A stretch of DNA of 64,000 nucleotides from Paecilomyces variotii. Lineage: Eukaryota. Shown piece after piece: positions 50,355-64,000 of the stretch. The notes below the pieces were generated by a model. It did no database searches. It was not told the origin of the DNA and saw only the letters and a list, made by a program, of their open reading frames with translations. The position numbers were made by a program, and so were the translations under genes. The DNA is taken from NCBI GenBank assembly GCA_004022145.1, contig RCNU01000003.1; one strand, 5' to 3'. The number at the start of each line of letters is the position of its first letter. Position 1 is the first letter of the stretch.

Positions 50355-51133
50355 ATGTCCGCCCCTCGATCTTTCACGACCCTGGCGTCCCGCGCCTTGG
50401 TCCGGCCGACCACTCCACGCAATGGCACTATCTCAAACGTCCTCTGTTCATGCCAAAGAGGGTTAAAGAGCGCGGCGGTCCCATCACCAGCTTGGGCTCT
50501 GCGCGTCGGACGCAAGAATGAGCAGATCTCATTTGTTCAGAGGACGTGGACGTCGCGGATGAACCAGCTGCAGCAAGTCCGATGGCAGAGCCAGAAGGGT
50601 GAAGGAGACGCACCGGAATGGAAGCAGTGGGGATTCGAAGATGTACGTCGTCTCTTTTGATTCTGTTCTATTCTATCTATCTCGTTACTTTGATCTCATG
50701 AGTAATATACTCTACAATTTTCTTTCTCTATATAAAGAACTAATCGTTGAAATCAATTTTGTACATACAGATCAACGCCGCCCTTCCCCGCCGGGATGCA
50801 ATCCTGATTGACGTCCGCGAACCCGTCGAACTCTCTTCAACCGGCATTATCCCCTCTGCCGTCTCGATCCCACTTGCCTCCCAGCCCGACGCTCTATTCC
50901 TCACTCCCGAAGAGTTCGAGACCCGATTCGGTTTCCCGAAGCCTGGAGTTTCCGAAGAGGAAGCCAAGCGAAACTTGGTATTTTACTGCAAAGCCGGAGT
51001 GAGAGCCCGCGCTGCAGCCCAGCTTGCTGCGCAGGCTGGTTATGATCCTGCCAGAATCGGAGTGTATGATGGTAGTTGGCTTGATTGGGCTGAGCGCGGA
51101 GGAAAGGTTGAGAAGTGGGAGCCGGAGGAGTAA
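50355..51133 (+). CDS. Mitochondrial single-domain rhodanese (Rdl1/Rdl2-like sulfurtransferase)
   Basis: Arg/Ser-rich presequence, intron ~50644-50771, then IDVREP, active-site FYCKAGVR and YDGSWLDW. Confidence 0.88.
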
Positions 51134-51163
51134 CTTACCTACCTACTTACTTACTTACTTACT
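51133..51163. repeat. Imperfect (ACTT/ACCT)n tetranucleotide repeat just after the rhodanese stop codon
   Basis: acttacctacctacttacttacttacttact read directly. Confidence 0.8.
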
Positions 51164-52276
51164 ATCTAGGCGGGACTACTCGAGGGTATTTATTGGTAGC
51201 AGTTTTGACATCAGGCTATAGTTCTGCGTGCTTGCTTGTTGCGGTTTGTTTGTATTATACTTGTGTGTTAGAAATCTCTTGTGAAAAGATGGTTAAGAAG
51301 CATGCCAATATTCCGTTGGTTGTTGTTCTTTAGTTTAAATCGATACCAATCACTATGTGGTGTGGTCCTCATTATAATGATATTCCACTAGATCAGGTGA
51401 GAGTTGAATTAGCGGTAATCCTTTTTTCTTTATACTTCTACTCCGCATCTCTTCTTTTTCATCGCATTTTCCGCGTATTCCAAATATCTGCTTGATGCTG
51501 ATGGGGAGATACCCTCGGCCATAAAGGCTGGGTGCTCAACCGACTTCGAAAAGCTTAGTTCGTCAATCTGGCACGACAAGGAACAAGTCGATAATGTATT
51601 CTGGACCGTGTATAACCGCAATATGGGAAATTTGGTGCTTCATATTGATATCAATATGAGATACGTAGATGTATGTACATACATACCTTCCTTTTGTGCT
51701 TGGCGGCACCCATATACTTCAATTTCCAATATTCCCTTAGAAGCCTAGCCTGTTTCTCAAAGGCAATATCAGCTTCCTCTGTTTTACTGTAGTCACTCTT
51801 GATCCTATGTCTATAACTGGGATTTTGTACAGTTGAGGCTAGTAACAACCCGCCGAGATCTCAGAATGAAGATGGAATGCTGCTTTTCCCCTAGTCTATT
51901 ACGGCACGATAAGTATACTATACGCGCTTGGACAAATGCAAGTCAAACATCTCAGTTACAAACGACTATACGAAGAAGACATAAAACGGGTCCAAAAGGA
52001 ACAACCGCAGAAACGAAATGAAGAACAGGAAACGCCAGAAAAAAAGGAGCCAGAAGAGAAATGGACATGGATCCTCCTGCAGATGCACCCGTCATGGTTC
52101 GTCCTTCAAACTTCCATTATATCGTTATTTTGATCATGCTTCATATGTCATTCAAACTTTTTTGGCTCTAACTTTTCCTCGTCATGACATCCAGCATCCA
52201 TGGTGCATTATGTTGACCGCAGAGAACCATTCGCAGTGGTCTTAAATTGTACACGATGATGTTAGAGTGAACCCGA

Positions 52277-55200
52277 TCATGGGATATCGAAGAGGGGCTT
52301 CATCTTCTTGATGAGTGCCCACTCCTCCATAGAGACATCCGGACGGTAGAACTCCTTCAAAGTATCGATACTGGCACGGGAGATCTGCGAGTAGAGAGTA
52401 TCCGCCTCGTCTAGTTGACGTCCGTACATGGGCTGGTTCGCTGCCTCTATCTTCACGGCCACCGCGGGCTGGCCCTTCTTACACAGCTGGATCTGCTTGT
52501 GCTCACGCTCGATTGACACACTGAGATAATGTTAGTACATGATTTCGCGGCATAAGGCGGGGGGTTATGAAACTTACACTCTGCCGAGAGGGACAATCTC
52601 CTTGGCACCGGCAGCGTTAGTCCGAACAGCCGCAATTGGCGTCAATGTTCGCAAGCTTCCTTCGACGACATCAACACCAATGACGATCGGATCCTTCTTG
52701 TTGAACACAGCAAGAGTCTTGAGGACACAAGGGAAGACGGCAAGCATCTTGCTTTCCTCCTTTCTCTTCTCGGTGATATCTGCCATGTGCTTTGTAAAGT
52801 CATCGAATAGGTGGTAAATGATATCAGCTGTGAAGATCTTGACACCGATCTCGTCGGCGTAGGCCTGTGCTTCCTTGTCTACCTTCACGTCGAAACATAG
52901 CATGACTGCATATTCAGGAGCCTTGTCGAGCATGGTGCCTGCAAGCATGACATCACGCTTATAGACGGGACCGATGGAGATGTTGCAGACGGGGATCTTC
53001 GAAACCTTGAGGAACTCGAGCAGAGCCTCAAGGGAACCAAGAGTAGAAGCCTGGACAGTGACACCGCGGTTGTCCGTAGAAACCTTGGTGAGTAGGTTCT
53101 CCAGATCGGACATGACCTCCTCCTCGAGGTCTTCTTCGTCATCATCAGGTCCAACGACGAGAAGACGAGAACCAGCAATAGCATGTTCTAGATCGTTGGC
53201 CGCGATCTTGACACCGAGAGCTGCCTTTACTTCCTTGTTGTGGACATACTGCGACTTCAGACGAAGCTCCTTCAGCGGTGCAGGCGTCAACAACGCTCGG
53301 ATATTTGTCGCTATAGGTCCGTTTATACCACACAGCACTATCCGATCACCTTCCCGCAGAATACCGTTTGATAGAACGACATCAATGGTGGTACCAAGAC
53401 CTTCGATGACCTTGACCTCAAGAACGGTACACTCGACCTCGGACAGGTACATCAGAGCACCGGTCATACGCTCCTGGGTCAGCATCGTGAGAAGCTTCAG
53501 CATGTCAGGAATACCCTCTCCGGTGTGTGCAGAGGTCGGAACCAGTGACACGTTACGAGACAGTGACTTGTTCTCGTAGAAGAGCTCCGAGTTGAAACCC
53601 TGCTCGGCAAAGGCAAGCTTGATCTGCTCGAGACGCGTGCGGAACTCGTTCTGCACACCCTTGTTCTGCATGGCCAAACTCTCCTGGAAACCATTGTTAT
53701 CAATCTTCTTCCAACCGTACAGACGATCAATCTTGTTCAGCGCGACAATGAAGGGAGTCTTGCGCTGTCGCAGAAGTCTCATCGACTCGAGTGTCTGCGG
53801 CTCCAATCCGTGCATGATATCGACAACCAGGATAGCAATGTTACAGAGCGAGGAACCTCTGGAACGCAGGTTGGAGAAGGACTCGTGACCAGGCGTATCA
53901 ATGATCAACAGACCAGGGACCTTGAATTCAAACTTGCCATCCTTGTTGACGACAGCGGTCTTTTGACGCAGAGCTTCGACTGGGAAGTAAGTGGCACCGA
54001 TCTGCTGCGTGATACCACCAGCTTCGCCCTCCTGCACATTGGTCTGTCGAATCTTGTCCAGCAGCTTGGTCTTTCCAGTATCGACGTGTCCCAGAATACA
54101 GCAAATGGGCGAGCGCAGGTTGTCCTTGGATCGAGCGGCCATCGCTTCTTCGTGCTGCTTCCTTCTCCGCTCAGCGGCTTCAGCCTTTCTCTGCGCAGCG
54201 GCTTTCTGGGTGGCAGTCTGCTCCTCATCGGATTCAGACTCGGTTTCAGACTCGGACTCGGACTCGTCTGACGGTTTGGCAGCTGGCTTCTCCTTGGCTT
54301 CTCCATTGGTTGTGGGCTTCTCTTTGGCTTCTTTCTCCTCGTCAGACTCGGCGTCCCAGCTGTCCTTGACTTCATCTTCTGCATCAGCTGCCTTCTCCCA
54401 GTCCTCGACCTCACTTTCGTCCTGGGCAGCAGCAGCAGCAGCTTCAGCCTCTGCCTTGGCCTTTGCCTCTTCTTCTTTCCTCTTTCGTTCTGCTTCCTCG
54501 GCCTCCTTGGCTTCCCGCTGGGCCTTTGCTCTGGCAGCGGCAGCCTCGAGGTCGTCCTCCTGCTTCTTGGGGCCCTTCTTCTTCTTCTTATTGTCAAAGA
54601 CAGGCTTCTTCTTCTCTTCAGCCGTCTTCTCTTCCAAGCCAGCAACTTTGCCCACACCAGCCTCAAGCATCTGCCTCATACGCAGCTCATTGCGCTCCTT
54701 GGCCTCCTTCTGGGCCTTTGTGAGAAGCTTTCCTTCCCTTCTGAGCTGCTCCTTCCTCTCCTTCTCCTTCTCCTTCTTGCGCTGACGAGCTTCTTCTCTC
54801 TTTCGCTCTTCCTCTGCCTCAATCCTGAGCCTCTCCTCCTCGAGGGCCTTCTCCTCGGCCAGACGGCGGGCCTCATCCTCCTGCTGCTTTCTCAAGAGCT
54901 CCTGTTGTTTCTGAAGAGCAGCCAGCGCCGCTGGGACCTTCCTCTTCTTGGCGGGCTCTGGAGCGGCTGCAGCTGCAGGGGCAGCAGCAGGAGTAGCTTC
55001 TTTCTTCTCCTCCGCGACAGGCTTTTCGGGTTCGGCCTTAGCCGCAGGACCGGCAGCTTTCTTCTTAGCAGCCTAGGGAGAGTCATGGTCAGTACCTACG
55101 ATATGAAGTCGCCAGTGGGCGTGGAGAGAACATACCTGTTCCTTTTTCCGCTGCTTTTCACGCTCCTTCTTTTCCTTTTCCTTTTCCTTCTTGGACTTCA

Positions 55201-55597
55201 CCTTTAGTTCCTCAGTGGCGGCCTTGGGAGCCTCCTTGGCAGCCTTGCCCGCAGGCTTCGCAGGGGTTTTGGGCTTCGCATTTCCAGCGAAAACATCGTC
55301 GTCGTCGAAATTCCCTTCCTCGGGCTCCTTGCTGGCAAGGTCGACGGCACCGTTGGCATCCTGCGTGGGATCCTCACCCTCGACCCAATCGTTCTCTGGC
55401 TTTCCCTTCTTGGCCTTCTTGGTCTTGTTCTTTTTCAGAGCAGCCAGGAGACCACCGCCACCTGCAGATTCCTCTTCCTTGGGCGCATCCTCCGCCGGCT
55501 GCTGATCAGCCTCTCCATTTGTAGGGGCAATGGATTCACCCAGTTCCGCTTCCCAGTCGTCCTCCTGCTTTCTGCCACCCTTCTTCTTAGGTGCCAT
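52277..55597 (-). CDS. FUN12: Eukaryotic translation initiation factor 5B
   Basis: Highly charged N-terminus, then [34 protein letters not shown] and NKID. Two introns; ends PLFDIP*. Confidence 0.96.
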
Positions 55598-56645
55598 CTT
55601 GTCGGACGGTTAAACCTTGGTTTATAATGAAAATCTGCGATGCAAAATCCGCAGAAAATTATCCAGTCGCTTCTATCAACCGCTCAATACGTGGCGACAT
55701 GCGAGGTCTGCAGGGAATATTGCGGGTTTTGTGGGTAGTGCGACCTGCGGCGAAACGCGGAGAAACAGAGCTTTTTTGAGAAACCAAAATCCAGGGCCAA
55801 GCGACCGCGAGAGTGGAAAATAAAGAAACAAAATAGAAATGAAAGGCTAGAGGGAAAAGAAACACAGGCCCTCTTTTGTATACCTTTCCTCGGAATAGGT
55901 GAGTTGATAGGATTGATTCCGGAGAGGGGAAAGGATGTGAGAATTTTGGCTTGGAAGGACGTTGTTGCTTTTTGGCGGTGGTGGGGAATAAATCGCCTGT
56001 CGGGTGAGGTCACTGGCTGCTGCTGCTTCTCCGCCGGGTCGTCGAGTACCATAGACCGCGTTGGTATTGATGGTTCCAATATACCTTTTGCCACCTGTGC
56101 AGGGCCATGTATATTATTTAACAGGCATGTTCTCAGTTCTATCGTATACTATCTGTGGCTTTACTATATATTGAAGGAACTTTTGGAATTCTTGTTGTAG
56201 TGAATATTTGACTTCTTTGACGTTTCACTGGTTTTATATATTCACTCAAGTCACTACTAACTACTACTATTGATACCTACCCTACCATCTTGCAGACTGC
56301 TACTCGAGGATATATCATGGGAATCCAGTTACCATGTCCTATGTCAAAGAAAAAGCCTGGAAAAGAACTCGTTGTGATGTGAAATAATGCCATGCTTCGT
56401 TCCTTCTCGCTTATAAAAAGATAACCCGTGCTACAGCTTCTACTGTTAAAGTAGAGAAAAACTTTTAGTCGTCCTAATAACAATGTCGAATGCAGGACCC
56501 AAAAAGGCCAGGGAAAAATGGAAGAAAAAAAAAGGGGAAAGAAAAAAGAATCAAGGAAAGCTTCCTTTCCCAAGTCATCCGCGTAGGCAGCGCATAACAA
56601 GGAACAAAAAGAAAATATAGACACCGCACTAGTAACTATTTTATC

Positions 56646-59600
56646 TCAGAGGTTGATCGCGAGTATATTCCTCAACCACTCGATTACGTTCTTGACGGGA
56701 TTCTCGGACTCCCCGAAGACTTCTACAGCGAGGTCGGAAAACCGCTCCATTGCAGTGCTGGTCGAAGTTGTTGTGTTGCCAGTGCCGTGGGAGTCGTACT
56801 CTATCGATAACATCTGTCGGAGATAGTCGCTGCCGTGACTCAGGAGTCGGCTCAATATGTCACCATTCACATGCATGGTGGATGGCTTGGTCGTCGAGGG
56901 TTCGATCTCTGCGGGGATCCAGCGTCGTTTTCGGACCGAACCGAAGGGACATATTATGGGGTCTCTCATGCATATATTTTGCAAGAAGCGCAGGAGACGC
57001 CATTCTTTCTCCGTGAGGGTTGTGAGGCGGTAGACTGTCCCATCGAGAGCGGTGCCGTAGGTGACTGTAGCTGAGGGCGAAGATGAGATGGTGTGACTGG
57101 GGTTGAGTTTCATGATTGAGACTGGTAGATGGGCTTCCGCGAGCGGTGCTGGCATGACTTTATCGTTTGTTGTGACACCAATCTCGGTCAGAGCGCTGAC
57201 TGTACCACCTCTGCTTGTGGCCAGAGTCAGCTTCGCTTCTCCTCCGATGTGGAAATGGGAGACACCCTCTCGTTTCACTCTGTCATGAGAATATAAAACC
57301 AACTTGTCATCAGTGATTTTGAGAACCACCAAGGACTCTCTCGAGGTCGACAGATACAGGAATGGCTCGTGGACACTGATCGAGACAGCCGGAGACGTCA
57401 ATCTGTACCGGGCCGATCGAACCCATCTTTTTTCAGAAAACTTCGGCTCCAAGGGAACGATATCATAACCGGTAGCAACCATCAAGGTGAAATCACCGTA
57501 TGGTGCGACAGCATGCACAGCACCTTCGAACTTATGGACATGTTTGACAACACACTCGATCTGCCCGGTGGCCCGGTCGCGCTGAGTTTGAAGGAAAATA
57601 ATGCGCCCTTTCTCTTCCTGATGCTTGCGTGCCGTTCCAATAACGATAAAATGGTATTCAGCCCCATCTCTCTTCGGCATCCAGTCCAGGAGGCAAGTGA
57701 TCTTCTCTCCTGACGCTCCAGAGGGCCTCCATGGCTGGCGGGCATCCAGGTCTCTCATAGAAGGTCCTGGATTCCTCACCTCTGGGTTTTGAGAATCAAG
57801 GTCTATGAATTCGATGGTTGGTCGCGAGTAACGCTTGATAGGGTCCGTTTCCGTGTCGAGCTCCACAAGCGTATATGACACAACCAGACTGTTGAGATAC
57901 TTCGAATATATCAATCTGTTGGCACTTCCTGGGAGATGAATACGGCGAGGGACAGGTCCCGCATTCTTATCTAGGGTACAAATCAAGAGTTGTCCCTCAC
58001 TGATGCAGACAAGTGAACCGGCGAGACTATCGGGTCTGGGGTCGTCCTGCGCATCGATCAAGGTCGCAACGTCTATGCTCCCTTGTAGGTAAGAAGGCTA
58101 CAAAATGTCAGCAACGAAACGAGGTGATTTGAGTCGCTGGAACTGACATTGCTTTGGTCTGTCACCCATATTTTCTGAAGCGTATAATCTCCGTCATTAG
58201 CATGTTTCAAATGCCAGAACTTGTCGCCACAGAGAACCAGAGCGAAGTCTTCTTGAGTTGGATTGCTGCTCAATCTGACAGTTGTCTGTCCAAGTCTCTG
58301 AATATGCACTTGTTCTATCCCAGAACATATAAAGATCAGCAGAAGCCATACGAGTTTGTGAAATGTTCATACCTATCTTCTCGACGCCGCCCTCTGCGCT
58401 GTGATGCATTTCCAGGGGTACTAGTATACCACTTCGGAGACCGCAAAACAATGTGCACCTTGCTTCTTTGCCTCCATCATCTGAACTGACCATAACTAAG
58501 CTTTCGATCGCTTTGGATGCTTCGATTTCTTCGGTGAGAACAATGTCGTGCTCAGACCATAGAACGGCATGATTCTCCTCGACACGGTATACGATAACTT
58601 TGCCATTTGCAGTGCCGACAAATACCAAGGAATAGGGACCCAGACTCTGTATCAAAAGAGAGATCGGCTCATGAGGAAACAGAAGTGGTTCACCAACCCG
58701 TTCCACTGTAAGAGCAGTACTGGAAGAAGATGCTTTACCGAGGTGGACAAATACATTATCATTTACCCGAACAGCGGTAGCAATAAGCGATAGTCTGCCA
58801 CTAACGGCGGCAGTAATAACGGATTCATGGCTCTCATAACGGAAACAGTGGTCGAGGAGTTCAGTGCGAGGCGAGGTAAGGTTAATAGAATGGTTGGTCA
58901 CCTGGATAATTACACCAGACGGCGTGCAACCCCCAGCTAATGTATGTGCAAAAAAGTCCAGGCCGGATTGGGACTCATCCATTGCATATATTTCCTCGCC
59001 CGTGTCTGTAGGAAGGTAAAGAAGTGTGGATGAGACCGGGTCTGAAGCTAGCAGGTACGTGCCACCTTCGACATTGTCAGACATGGTCCAAATGTCCCTC
59101 GTGCCCGACAAGTGGTCAAGCGGGATCACTAGACCTACCCGCGCTTCTATGCCATGTCGAAGTTCGACTATAGCTCCCTGGCCAATGGTGGAACCGGTGC
59201 AGGCAAACAGACGTTCATGGGATAGATTGCCTTTCGATGAAGGATGACGGCTTCGGCCAATGTCACTGGACGTAGTGTCCACTATGACAGAATCGATAAC
59301 AGGTGCCCAGTTCAAGAATTTCTGGACACATGTCGGATGCTCTCTAGCCTTTTGAATAAAAAGTCCTCCATCACCCATATTACCTGCTACTAATAGAAGG
59401 TCACCACCTTGGAAGCCGATATCGAGAATGTCAAAGGCAGCATCCACATCACAGCCAAGCTGCCCTAGATGGGACTGGTGCTCAATTTCCCCATCATTTC
59501 CGATCTCAAGGTAAAATATCTTCCCATCTTCTCGACAAAGATATATGTCATCGTGCTTTTGGTTGTACAACCAGTTGCGGAAGGGTCTCGCCCATCTGGT

Positions 59601-60799
59601 CCACAGTGGGCAGCGTCGCAGCTCTTGATCAGGCCTGGGAAGTGGATACCTATGAGGTTGTTTATCCGCACGTGGATCGAGGATGTTTCGGTAGACCGCC
59701 ATCGAAACAGTGGTAATAAGCATGAACGAAGTGGCCTTTGTCAAAGGCACAAGGATGGTTGGCAGTCTGTCTTCAGCAGGCAAGGGTCTCGTTGTTACCC
59801 GGGGATGCGCCTGTTTCAGGCTTCCAGTTGCTTCCCAATCGTAACATACGACTTGTGTGTTTTGATTTTTAGAGACCAACAGCAAAAGGATTATTCGATC
59901 ACCATCTTCGGCCTTAGGGTAAAGGAAGTCCATGAATAGGATATCACCATCAACCCGGAAGAAACGCTCCTGTACGAGACAACTATGTTAGAATTTCTAC
60001 ACGAGGATGCTGCAATATGTCAAGCATGGGTTAACAGTACCTCTGAGATTGGATCTAGATTTCCTCGCATCATCTGCGACTGCAATGTGTCGGATGACCT
60101 CAAGATAAACACGCCAAAATAATCGGCTGAAGCAGCTACAGCCATTGCGCGCGATCTGGAAAATGTAAGTCCGAGGAATATTTCAAGTTCCACATGAGCT
60201 TACCTCGGATCAACTGCCACATGTCGACCAAATCTCTCCAGAGAACTCACATCACAGGGCAAAGGCCTTCGAAGATGTATGAAATGGGGATCCTTTACAG
60301 GCGACTTCACTGCGCAATAGAGGAAGACTAATTCCCTGGACTCCAGTGTGAGGACTAAAATCTGAGGGGGGAGTGCATCGTGAATATCTGAATTTTGAGA
60401 GGATGTTGCATTTCCAGCCCCCATCTTCATCTGAGCTTCCCATGTCAACTCTGTGCACGCATTGATGACTTTTGCAGCGATAATGTTGGAATCGAAGTCA
60501 GCCTTCGTTGTCACATCTTCTAGATGGACACCTAGGACCGCTTCCTTTAGATGCACGGACCGTTCCCCGACGAAGGCGACATCGTTGTGGAACTTGCTTC
60601 GCAGACGAGCAGGAAGAATCCATTGAACAATTGGACTTCGAATGACTGTCTGGGAGAGCAGTCCAACTTTTGGCCTTGGAGGTTCAGCGTCCCGGCGCAG
60701 ATCAGGCCTCCGTGCGCGATCTTGGACCAGCAGGTCACTGATATCTATACGGCGTGTGGTCCACACGCCGTTTACCAAGTGTGCTGCTTGTAGAGCCAT
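56646..60799 (-). CDS. thtA: Large beta-propeller protein of the DDB1/Rse1/Mms1 type; resembles the Aspergillus thermotolerance protein ThtA
   Basis: Several exons totalling ~1300 aa: GLLSQTVIRSPIVQWILPARLR, GRHVAVDPR|SRAMAV, MDFLYP, NWAPVID and HVNGDIL. The gene name rests on recall of the family and neighbourhood. Confidence 0.65.
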
Positions 60800-62217
60800 G
60801 ACGCCGATGCCATACAAAACAAACACATGAATAGAAGACCGGAAATTTGACCGTATTTGACAATATTAAACGTTGGCCCCTCTCACGTGCCTTGGCAGCA
60901 AGCTTCGAGGGTGGCCTGAGAAACCCTTAGAAATGGGTCAGATGCACCAGAAAAAAAAAGAAAAAAATTGGTCAAAACAGGAGAAAGTAGGGATTTTTAT
61001 CCCAGTCAATTCTGTCTCCAATCTTGATGAATCAAGTTTTTTCAAGTTGTGCTAGAACTTCATAAGCGGCCTGGTGAGAGGCAAGACTGTAGACGGACCA
61101 TTGAGGTGCTCGGACACTGTCATGATGTGTTGCTGTATGCCCATGTGTTGCATGCAGTAGTTGGTGATGTGAAGACACTTAAAGCACGGGCGAGATCTAA
61201 TAGAATGAAGGAGCTAGTACCCTCTCTGGGCAGGTCCCAAGTGCATCAGATGCTCGTGGTTGACCAACAGATATTCTCCTGAGGATAAGTATGGAAGGCC
61301 CCTGTCCTGAGGTCGGGTGTACGCCCTAAAGATTGGTATGCAGTGCGTGAGGAAAGCGATGTATGACCATCGGGCCGACAGGTTGTCCGGACGAGGAAAC
61401 GGGCCGGCGATGAACGCAGGTACTGTAGAAGTGATCCTTAGTACCGCGTCCTCCTGTTATCTCGAACTAACTCAGACTCTCTGGCTCATCTTTTGTTGTA
61501 ATCTGCTGTTGTCGTGATTGTGGGTAGTTAATCGGAGGTGGGCTGCGGGATGAGATCAGCAGCGTCGTTTCAACTTCCACATTGGCAGGGTCGATCTAAT
61601 TGTTTCAACGCCCAGGCCCGTTGACGATAGACTAACGGCCTTGCAGAAGTATTTTAAAGCGATTATTATTGTAGGGGACCGGCTATTAACTACAGCCACT
61701 TCCGCGAGTGGGTAGTTGATGGTACGGCAGCCGTCACAGCCTGTAATTAATCTCCCGCGCAGCCGACGTGGACGAATCACGGGATGTCGACTCTCTCTCC
61801 AATCGTGGCAGCCGCGGAGCAGCGTCAGCGCTCGACCACGGCTCTGTAAACAGAGATTCGCTCCTGGTGCCGCGAGCCTATTTAATAATTGAGAGCCACG
61901 ATCTGGCGTCCTTCTTTTTCTGTGCTCGGCAAGGAGTTGCTGTCATATTGCGGTTGGTAACATTGTTCCCAGAGCTGCTGCAAGGAGTAGGTCACTGGTA
62001 CCGGCACAAGTCGACCAAAGGCCACGGAACGGCTGGGGAGAAAACCGAATGGCCACGCAGTGCTAAAGATTCTTTCTTCTATCTCTTGTCCGCTAGTCTC
62101 AATCTGTCAGTCTCTGTCAGTCAAGGCCATCTTGTTTCTGTCAGACTGGTGTCATTTTCCCGGTTGGCCAATTGCACCTGTTACGCTTGATCCCCGGTCT
62201 ATCTATCCCCGCGCGAC

Positions 62218-63575
62218 ATGGAGGGGCAACCGCAAGACACATTCGTCTCTGGAGAGGAGGAGACGAGGCAGCAGCCGGTTTCATATGAGGCTTCGGAGAC
62301 GTCCGAAACTCCAGAATCACCTGGAACTCCAGACCATGTAGCCGAAAAGAGGGAGCATATTCGTCGAGCATGTGCTGCACGCGATTTGGGTGCATTGGTC
62401 TCGTATGCTACTTCCGAAGGTGGCTTACTAAACGATGAACTTCGACGATCGGCTTGTACGTGATCTCAAGACTCACTATCAATTCCATACATCGTAACAT
62501 CGTGCATACAGGGCCTATCCTCGTAGGAAGTGATCGAATTTCCGGGCGGGATCAACCCGCGTGGTCGAGCCTGCCACGCCACGTGGACGAGGACCAAGTC
62601 AAACTGGATGTGAATCGTTCGTTTGTATACTACCCAAACTGTCAGTATGCGAGCTTCTACGCATACAGAAAGAATGGCTAAATATTATCTACAGGTACGG
62701 TTAAAGAATTGGACGGTAAAAAGGAAGAGTTGTCAGACCTCATCACGGAGATTCTGAGGAGATACCCAATGCTGTGCTACTTCCAAGGTTATCACGATAT
62801 CGCTCAAGTCCTGCTCCTGGTTCTTGGTGCGCAGGATGCTGTTTCAGCTTTTGCTCGCGTATCACTGTTCCGCATCCGGGATTATATGCTGCCATCATTG
62901 TCCCCAGCTCTCAAGCATCTTCAGTTGATCCCCGCAATATTGGAGAAAGCAGACCCCAAACTGCGCCGTCACCTCTCCGGGACACGGCCCTTTTTCGCGC
63001 TGGCAGCTACATTAACGCTGTATGCCCATGATATCCAGGAGTACGGAGATATCGCTCGACTCTATGATTTCCTCCTGGCCCACGAACCTGTTGTGGCAAT
63101 CTATCTCTTCGCAGCCATCATCCTTTCGCGCAAGAAAGAGTTGTTCGAAATTCCGATTGATGAGCCGGAGATGCTTCATTTCACGCTCTCGAAACTTCCC
63201 CAGCCACTAGACTTGGAGGGACTTATTTCCAGTGCGGTGAAGCTATTCCATCAGTATCCCCCGGAATCACTTCCCTTCAAGGCTTGGAAGCAGATCCCAC
63301 AATACAGTGTGTTGAAGACGTCGAGAGATCTTGCCACAGAAGGTACTCCGGAACAAGCAAAGGAGTTGTTCAATCTGCAAACTCGTGATATGAGGAGGGA
63401 AGAGCTCAGACAGAAGGCTGTTGGTGTGCTGTGGAAGTACAGGAAACCGGCCGGATCTGTGGGCCTTGCCATTCTCATTGCTGTTATCTCCTTCTGGATC
63501 CGCCGGAACGGACTCGACATTACGATTTGGAACTACATGGGAAAGTTCAGAGAGGCATTCCAAGACCTTCGATGA
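62218..63575 (+). CDS. TBC-domain Rab GTPase-activating protein (Gyp8/TBC1D20-like) with a C-terminal TM anchor
   Basis: GGLLNDELRRSA|WPIL, arginine finger QVKLDVNRSF, glutamine finger YFQGYHDI and a hydrophobic tail. Two introns. Confidence 0.9.
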
Positions 63576-64000
63576 GCACCTGTATTATAATGCGGCGTTA
63601 GGGGCCTCACATATATCGGCTCTATAATATGTGATTCGTGAGGATATACCTACTCTTAGGGACATATGGAGCTGGGTGTCTGGTCATAAAAATGGTTTCG
63701 CGAGAGATATTTGGTCTTTGCTTCTAGATACCGCAGCATACTATGTACATTATAATCAAGAATTACTGTGACTCCATTTGTGACACGATAATGAAAAGTA
63801 TTTAAGCAACAATAGGTTTTTTGTATGGTAGAACACTAGCGTAGTGATTATTGTTACTGCTGGGTCGGCTGTCCCCACAACGCGTGGCTGATGCGTGGCT
63901 CCAACGCGGGTGACGACTACCTGTACTCTTGCATCTCAGCAACACCCGCCAAGCTGTCACCATTGCTCGTTAACACATCGCCGACAGACACATCTCAATA

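Noticed and set aside
51430..52245. Small ORFs between the rhodanese and eIF5B genes, one followed by a GTATGT donor-like site
   Set aside because: No coherent spliced model or recognisable product; AT-rich convergent 3' UTR region.
53905..54785. 250-260-aa alternative-frame and antisense ORFs in eIF5B (Ser/Ala/Phe-rich or Arg-rich)
   Set aside because: By-products of the low-complexity Glu/Lys/Ala coding region.

Overview
Gene-dense eukaryotic DNA from a filamentous ascomycete. Short GT-AG introns, CTRAC branch points and the gene content point to Eurotiales, near Aspergillus/Paecilomyces. About 25 spliced protein-coding genes can be read. Most form a housekeeping block: OST2/DAD1, PRP16, prefoldin 2, hapC, amdR, a TatD/Scn1-like gene, a CLD1-like hydrolase, SPO7, MCM3, a cya-5-like PPR protein, SRP68, ERG5, a rhodanese, eIF5B, a thtA-like gene and a TBC Rab-GAP. 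Two transporter genes lie at the left edge. Between amdR and the Scn1-like gene sits a compact, visibly more AT-rich ~11 kb quinate/shikimate catabolism cluster (17.7-28.8 kb). It is built as three divergent pairs: repressor/activator, dehydratase/dehydrogenase and permease/dehydroquinase. Its regulators look divergent from canonical QutR/QutA, it has no qutG, each of its promoters carries candidate activator sites (CGG-N11/12-CCG), and the regulator promoter holds an array of CreA-type sites. Other observations are a candidate non-AUG mitochondrial N-terminal extension of the CLD1-like lipase, an ~890-nt AUG-free leader upstream of hapC, stem-loops in several unusually long introns, and an MCB array upstream of MCM3. 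No tRNA, rRNA, CRISPR or transposon was recognised. Gene names come from motif recognition and recall, not database searches, and exon boundaries were read by eye.
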